Source of the DNA: Bacteroidota bacterium
GTDB lineage: Bacteria; Bacteroidota; Bacteroidia; Bacteroidales; Porphyromonadaceae
Direction: 5' to 3'
DNA: 64,000 nucleotides
NCBI GenBank assembly: GCA_023389855.1
Contig: JAEWDZ010000004.1
Coordinates: 6,894 to 70,893 of the forward strand
Shown: one piece after another, positions 58,794-64,000 of the stretch
How the letters are laid out: each line of letters opens with the position of its first letter
How positions within the stretch are numbered: the stretch's first letter is position 1
The notes under the pieces: model-generated
Told to the model about the DNA's origin: nothing
Database searches by the model: none
Seen by the model: the letters and a program-made list of their open reading frames with translations, nothing else
Program-made: the position numbers and the translations under genes

Positions 58794-61346
58794 TTAATTA
58801 TCAGATGCTGTAGCATCAGGAGTCGTATTTGTTTCGGTGTTTTCGTTTTCCAAAGATGGATTTTCTTTATCCTCATCTTCTTTGGGAACTACACAGATAG
58901 AGGCAATAGATTCGTTGTCATTCATCCTTATCACCTTTACACCTTGTGTGGCTCTCCCAATCACGGGAATACTATCGACAGCCATACGGATGGCAAGTCC
59001 AGATTTAGTAATAATCATCAGATCTTCTTCATCATTGACAGCTCTGAAGTCGACTAGCTTACCAATTTTTTCATTGATATTCATAGTTTTTACTCCTTTC
59101 CCGCCACGGTGAGTCGTACGATATGTATCTATATCACTACGTTTACCGTATCCTTTTTCACTCACAACAAGTAGATCTTTCAATTTGTCGGGCTTTTCAA
59201 TGGTCATGCCAACAATGTAGTCGTTGGCATCATCGAGACGCATGCCGATAACTCCCATCGATGTCCTTCCTACAGGGCGAATCTCCCTTTCATGGAATCT
59301 GATAGCTCGACCATTTCTATTGGCCATTAGTATTTGGCAGTCGCCATTAGTAAGTCTTACACTGATCACTTCGTCATCCTCTTTCAAATTAATTGCGATG
59401 ATGCCTTTTTTGCGAGGACGAGAATAGTTTTCAAGGAGAGTTTTCTTTATGATACCTTGTTTTGTGGCTAAAAGAAGGTAGTGCGAGGTTAAGAAGTCTT
59501 TATCTGTAAGAAGGTTTTTAACTCTCACACAAGCTGTAATATGGTCTTGCTCATTGAGCTCGAGAATATTTTGGATAGCCCTGCCCTTAGAGGAGCGTGA
59601 TCCCTCTGGGAGATCAAATACGCGCAACCAAAATACTTTACCTGTTCGTGTGAAAAGCATGAGCGTTGCATGCATGGAGGCGAAGATCATGTATTCGATG
59701 AAATCCTCGTCTCTTGTTGAGCTACCTTTAGAACCTTTACCTCCTCGTCCTTGACTTCTGAAATCTGCTAAGGGAGTCCTTTTGATATACCCCATATGAG
59801 AAAGGGTGATCACCATATCCTGGTCGTCATAAAAATCTTCAGGATTAAGATCTTCACTGGCCATCACAATTTCAGTTTTACGTTGATCTCCGTATTTATT
59901 CTTAATCTCAATAAGCTCATTTTTAACGACATCCATGAGTTTATGGCGATTGTTGAGTAGATCGGTAAGATGGTTGATCAATTTTTCCAGTTGTTCATAC
60001 TCATCTCTTAGCTTATCTCTTTCCAAGCCTGTCAGGGCACGCAGACGCATATCTACGATGGCACGGCTTTGTACTTCCGTAAGACTGAAGCGTTCTTGAA
60101 GACGAGTCATCGCCTCGGCCGTGTTCGAAGAGTTGCGGATGATCGAAACTACTTCATCAATATTGTCTACAGCAATAAGAAGACCTTCTAGAATATGAGC
60201 CCTTTCTTTTGCTTTTTTTAGTTCGTAATGACAGCGTCGTGTAACAACCTCTTCTCTGTGGTCGACAAAATTCGCTATAATATCTTTTAGATTGAGAAGT
60301 TTGGGACGCCCCTTAACCAGTGCTATATTATTTGCGCTAAAGTTTTTCTGCAGTTGGGTTTGCTTGTACAAGTGATTAAGCACCACGTAGGCATTGGCAT
60401 CTTTTTTTATATCTATAACAATACGCATGCCACCCTTACCACTCGATTCATCGCTTATGTTAGATATCCCGACAATTTTCTTCTCATTTACAAGATTTGC
60501 GATACTTTCTACCAATTCAGACTTATTTACTTGATAGGGTATCTCTGTAACGATTATTCTTTCATAAGACCCAGTGCTTTCAATTTCACAGCGAGCACGC
60601 ACTGTAATGGATCCTCTTCCTGTCAGATAACTTTGTTTTACACCCTCGTAACCATAAATTATTCCTCCCGTAGGGAAATCGGGGGCTTTTACGTGGTGTA
60701 TTAATTCTTCAACAGCAAGTTCTCCGTCACTTTCGATATATGCAACACAAGCATCTATGCTCTCACGTAGGTTGTGCGGAGCCATATTGGTCGCCATTCC
60801 AACAGCAATCCCGCTTGCCCCATTGATAAGTAGGTTCGGAATACGAGTCGGTAAAACGGTGGGCTCTTGCTTGGTGTCGTCGAAATTATTTTGCATATCG
60901 ACAGTGTCCTTTTCGATATCACGAAGCATTTCACCTGCTATCTCGGTAAGCCTTGCTTCGGTATAACGCATGGCCGCTGGCGAATCACCATCGATAGAAC
61001 CAAAATTACCTTGGCCATCTACCATGGTATAACGCATATTCCAGCTTTGTGCTAAGCGGACTAATGTCATATATACAGAGCTATCACCATGAGGATGGTA
61101 ATTCGCCAAAACTTCACCTACGGGTTTTGCGGACTTACGCGTGGGCTGAGAAAAAACATTGCCCATCTCATTCATCGCATAGAGAACTCTACGATGAACG
61201 GGCTTAAGACCATCACGTACGTCTGGTAGTGCACGAGAAACAATGACAGACATTGAGTAGTCGATGTAAGCCGACTTCATTTCCTCCTCAATGTCTATTT
61301 TTATGATTTTGTCCTCGTTTTGATCAAACTCTCCAAATTCCTTCAT
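58794..61346 (-). CDS. gyrA: DNA gyrase subunit A
   Basis: RALPDVRDGLKPVHRR, YHPHGDSSVY, PAAMRYTEAR, GyrA-box-like QGRGGKG, C-terminal pinwheel repeats. Confidence 0.97.
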   Translation of the reverse strand: MKEFGEFDQNEDKIIKIDIEEEMKSAYIDYSMSVIVSRALPDVRDGLKPVHRRVLYAMNEMGNVFSQPTRKSAKPVGEVLANYHPHGDSSVYMTLVRLAQSWNMRYTMVDGQGNFGSIDGDSPAAMRYTEARLTEIAGEMLRDIEKDTVDMQNNFDDTKQEPTVLPTRIPNLLINGASGIAVGMATNMAPHNLRESIDACVAYIESDGELAVEELIHHVKAPDFPTGGIIYGYEGVKQSYLTGRGSITVRARCEIESTGSYERIIVTEIPYQVNKSELVESIANLVNEKKIVGISNISDESSGKGGMRIVIDIKKDANAYVVLNHLYKQTQLQKNFSANNIALVKGRPKLLNLKDIIANFVDHREEVVTRRCHYELKKAKERAHILEGLLIAVDNIDEVVSIIRNSSNTAEAMTRLQERFSLTEVQSRAIVDMRLRALTGLERDKLRDEYEQLEKLINHLTDLLNNRHKLMDVVKNELIEIKNKYGDQRKTEIVMASEDLNPEDFYDDQDMVITLSHMGYIKRTPLADFRSQGRGGKGSKGSSTRDEDFIEYMIFASMHATLMLFTRTGKVFWLRVFDLPEGSRSSKGRAIQNILELNEQDHITACVRVKNLLTDKDFLTSHYLLLATKQGIIKKTLLENYSRPRKKGIIAINLKEDDEVISVRLTNGDCQILMANRNGRAIRFHEREIRPVGRTSMGVIGMRLDDANDYIVGMTIEKPDKLKDLLVVSEKGYGKRSDIDTYRTTHRGGKGVKTMNINEKIGKLVDFRAVNDEEDLMIITKSGLAIRMAVDSIPVIGRATQGVKVIRMNDNESIASICVVPKEDEDKENPSLENENTETNTTPDATASDN

Positions 61347-61493
61347 TTAACGTTTCTATCTACTCCCATGTCTAGGGAAGACACTTTATCAATTAAATAA
61401 AACTCAAACGAAGATGCTCTTGAAATAAGGATCAGAGCTCACCTTCTTATTCTCATGTAAAGGTAGTATTTTTTTTTGGAATACCCAAAAAAT

Positions 61494-61535
61494 CAGCCCT
61501 TATTTTGGCTATGTTTTAAACGCAAAATAAGGCTG
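61494..61535 (-). terminator. Possible terminator after SMR pair
   Basis: CAGCCCTTATTTTG...CAAAATAAGGCTG imperfect inverted repeat, T-rich downstream on the minus strand. Confidence 0.5.
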
Positions 61536-61590
61536 TGTAATCTATAGAATTAGGAGGGTAAAAAGGATAGAAAACGAAGTCTCTAATGTT

Positions 61591-61911
61591 TCAGACTATT
61601 TTTAGACCTACAATAGAAATGATCAGCAGTGATATATAGAGAGACTTTCTTAAAGAGAGTCTTTCCTGAAAATAAAGGATTCCTAGAAAAACGGTTCCAA
61701 CAGCTCCTATACCAGTCCATACCGGGTATGCAGTACCGATAGGAAGAGTTCTTGTAGCCATTGTCAGAAACCACATACTCAGGATCATGGATAATACAAA
61801 TGCTCCTGTCCAAAAAAGACGAATTCGAGACTTGGTGCGCCTGATCTTTTCCAGAGAAAACGTAAAAACGGTTTCGAAGATGCCTGCTAATAAGAGAAGG
61901 ACCCAATCCAT
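61591..61911 (-). CDS. SMR family small multidrug/guanidinium transporter subunit
   Basis: W-x5-AGIFE TM1 motif, LPIGTAYPVWTGIGAVG. Confidence 0.9.
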   Translation of the reverse strand: MDWVLLLLAGIFETVFTFSLEKIRRTKSRIRLFWTGAFVLSMILSMWFLTMATRTLPIGTAYPVWTGIGAVGTVFLGILYFQERLSLRKSLYISLLIISIVGLKIV

Positions 61912-61921
61912 AATAAATAAA

Positions 61922-62248
61922 TTAATGAGATTCGAGCTTTATACCTATGACAGATAAGATCAAAGTTGCGATAAAAAATAAACGTAAAAAAGTTGCAGGT
62001 TCTTGAAAAAAAACAATTCCCATAAGAACAGTTCCTACCGCACCTATTCCAGTCCAAACAGGATAAGCTGTAACAAGAGGAATCTTTTTTATTGCGACTG
62101 TTAACAGCCACATGCTTAATGACAGTGAAATCAAAAAGGCTGCTCCCCATGCATACCACTCAGCACCTGTTGCATCCTTCATTTTTCCTAGGCAAAAGGC
62201 AAATCCTGACTCAAATATTCCAGCAGTAATCAGTATTATCCAATTCAT
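61922..62248 (-). CDS. SMR family small multidrug/guanidinium transporter subunit
   Basis: MNWIILITAGIFE, IPLVTAYPVWTGIGAVG. Confidence 0.9.
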   Translation of the reverse strand: MNWIILITAGIFESGFAFCLGKMKDATGAEWYAWGAAFLISLSLSMWLLTVAIKKIPLVTAYPVWTGIGAVGTVLMGIVFFQEPATFLRLFFIATLILSVIGIKLESH

Positions 62249-62420
62249 GGCTGATAATCTAATAATTCAAAATCCCTGTGATTCAGATTGCAAAGATACA
62301 GTATTATAATGAATGATAATCCTTTATTATCTCTTAGTACAATATGGATTAAATAGAGATTCGAGACGTAGAAGGAATCTATAAAAGGACAATTCTGCAA
62401 TTATCCCCTTTATATGAACT

Positions 62421-62450
62421 AAAAAAAGGAGCATTTATTAAATGCTCCTT
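62421..62450 (-). terminator. Rho-independent terminator after PDZ gene
   Basis: AAGGAGCATTT / AAATGCTCCTT stem followed by a T-run on the minus strand. Confidence 0.8.
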
Positions 62451-62473
62451 AAGTATAATAGGGAATATCCTAA

Positions 62474-63991
62474 TCACAGAAGAGAGGCTTCGGAGAGGTC
62501 TTTTAGTTCAGGAGTTAAGGTTACCTGAGTAGTTACATTATCCTTTACGAGATCAAGAGTAATTTGTGGTAGAAGGTGGGAAGGCTTGTCTGTGTTAAAA
62601 ATAACGCTATAGGTAGAACCTTCATATGTTTCCCCGTCATATAAACCGCGAATGTATGGTCTAAAGGAAAATAGGTAGTCGAATGGAGTATTGAATTTAG
62701 TCTTAGCAAACATCTTAGCTATTTTCTTGTATGATTTTGGTTCCCAATAACGACAGTTCTTTAAACCATAAGAGTCTGTAAAGTTGGTTTTTCCATCACG
62801 AAGAGCTAAGGTATTACGGCAAAAATCTATGTAAGATGTATTTAATTCTTCTATAGATTTGATAGGCTTTCCATTAATTCCAACCACACGATCACCTACT
62901 TTTAATCCAGCTTTTTCTGCTGCAGAACCAGGTTCAATATCTGTGATAAGCCCGATGTTTTGATTGTGAAAAACAATTCCCAATGAAGCAAATCGGAGTG
63001 TTGATACTTTGAGTCTCAACTGTTTAGGATAGCGAACAAAAGGGAATTGGTGCAGCATTACGGGGACAGTGATTCGAGCATATTCGCGTATAGACATTTT
63101 TTCTGTTAAAAATTCCACAGCCTCACAATTCCAAAAAACACTGTCAGTATTCTTTCCATTAAAGAATCGAATGCCGAAAGTCATAACATAGGGCGCAATT
63201 CGTTTATCTTCACCAATAGGAAGTAAATTTATTGCAATGAGTGATTTCTTATCAGGATCGTATCTCAGACCTTGAATCTTGGGAGACTTTGCGGCGACTT
63301 TATCATCGTAAAAAGGATTTTTTGCCAATGTATAATAATAATCGATGATCAAATCGGCTCCATCGGTAATTTGCTTGATATTCCTATCTTGCATTACTGC
63401 TTGTATCTGCTTCATTATCTCCGCATCGTCATCGTTTTGAGCCATGCGTGTGGAACTGCTGAAGCAGTAGTTCGTAACATCGTGATACTGAGATATAGGA
63501 TCTCCGCCGGTGTTAAATGGATATACGATAGTACGTGTAAAAGCATCTTCTAACGAATAAAGAGCAAAGGCTTTTGCAAGCATTTCTTCGTTGATCCAAT
63601 CTCTATCAAAGTAGTTAGGGTAGAGTGTCCGTAATGCATTTTTATATCCGAAATTACTCACCTCCAAGGCGACAGATTTACCGGGAATCCCATCTCCTAT
63701 AAGCATTGCAGACAAGCCCTGCTCACTCATCCCAGAAGTAGGTCTTCCTGCAACTGAAATTATGGCATCACCTAATTTGAGTCCTGCCTTCTGTGCGGGA
63801 GAACTTGACTTGATGTTGATAATAATGGGGTAACGATCTTTTGCGCTTTTATTTGTGGTATATTGAAACTCAAAGCCTATGTCACAAGCATATCTTTTGT
63901 TTGTGTTCGTTTGCGCATAAGCGGGTAGAAGAATTCCACTGACGCCGCATAAAAGTAGCGGCCAAAGGAGTGAAATAAAAGTCTTTTTCAT
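62474..63991 (-). CDS. Exported protein with two PDZ domains flanking a DUF4136-like domain
   Basis: Signal peptide; SPAQKAGLKLGDAIISVAG and GSAAEKAGLKVGDRVVGING PDZ motifs; central ADLIIDYYY...VFWNCEA segment. Confidence 0.75.
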   Translation of the reverse strand: MKKTFISLLWPLLLCGVSGILLPAYAQTNTNKRYACDIGFEFQYTTNKSAKDRYPIIINIKSSSPAQKAGLKLGDAIISVAGRPTSGMSEQGLSAMLIGDGIPGKSVALEVSNFGYKNALRTLYPNYFDRDWINEEMLAKAFALYSLEDAFTRTIVYPFNTGGDPISQYHDVTNYCFSSSTRMAQNDDDAEIMKQIQAVMQDRNIKQITDGADLIIDYYYTLAKNPFYDDKVAAKSPKIQGLRYDPDKKSLIAINLLPIGEDKRIAPYVMTFGIRFFNGKNTDSVFWNCEAVEFLTEKMSIREYARITVPVMLHQFPFVRYPKQLRLKVSTLRFASLGIVFHNQNIGLITDIEPGSAAEKAGLKVGDRVVGINGKPIKSIEELNTSYIDFCRNTLALRDGKTNFTDSYGLKNCRYWEPKSYKKIAKMFAKTKFNTPFDYLFSFRPYIRGLYDGETYEGSTYSVIFNTDKPSHLLPQITLDLVKDNVTTQVTLTPELKDLSEASLL

Positions 63992-64000
63992 ACAATTCTA

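Noticed and set aside
1..64000. CRISPR arrays, tRNA/rRNA genes, transposases, integrases, prophage or defence genes
   Set aside because: None were recognised on either strand; nearly all long ORFs are accounted for by other families.

Overview
AT-rich chromosomal window from a Bacteroidales bacterium, most likely a Porphyromonas species. This is inferred from gene order such as nspC-ftsY-rimO and the hmuYRSTUV operon, and from TAnnTTTG -7 promoter boxes. Most genes are housekeeping (aroC, slyD, rpmB/rpmG, ybeY, rluD, ddl, queF, mtaB, dnaB, lepA, ppk1/ppx, nspC, ftsY, rimO, fmt, tsaC, lysC, ftsE, gyrA). No rRNA, tRNA, CRISPR array or transposase was seen. Two genes missed by the ORF track were added: DUF4295 (5609-5773) and a 2[4Fe-4S] ferredoxin (53169-53336). 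The best signal is a shared 16-bp palindrome, TACCTA-N4-TAGGTA (LuxR/NarL-like 7-2-7 geometry). It abuts the -33 element at the same 23-nt distance from the -7 box in the hmuY promoter and in the promoter of a TonB receptor / ferric-reductase-like / surface lipoprotein operon. It recurs upstream of flavodoxin, and it overlaps the -33 element of the ferredoxin promoter. This suggests one iron/heme regulon that activates uptake and flavodoxin while repressing ferredoxin. Other points of interest are that Xus-like three-gene uptake operon, an intact but apparently catalytically dead GH92 lipoprotein, and a kinase-less LytS-like membrane protein heading an ECF sigma/anti-sigma cluster with an internal ECF-type promoter. 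All assignments are by motif recognition only; no database searches were run.
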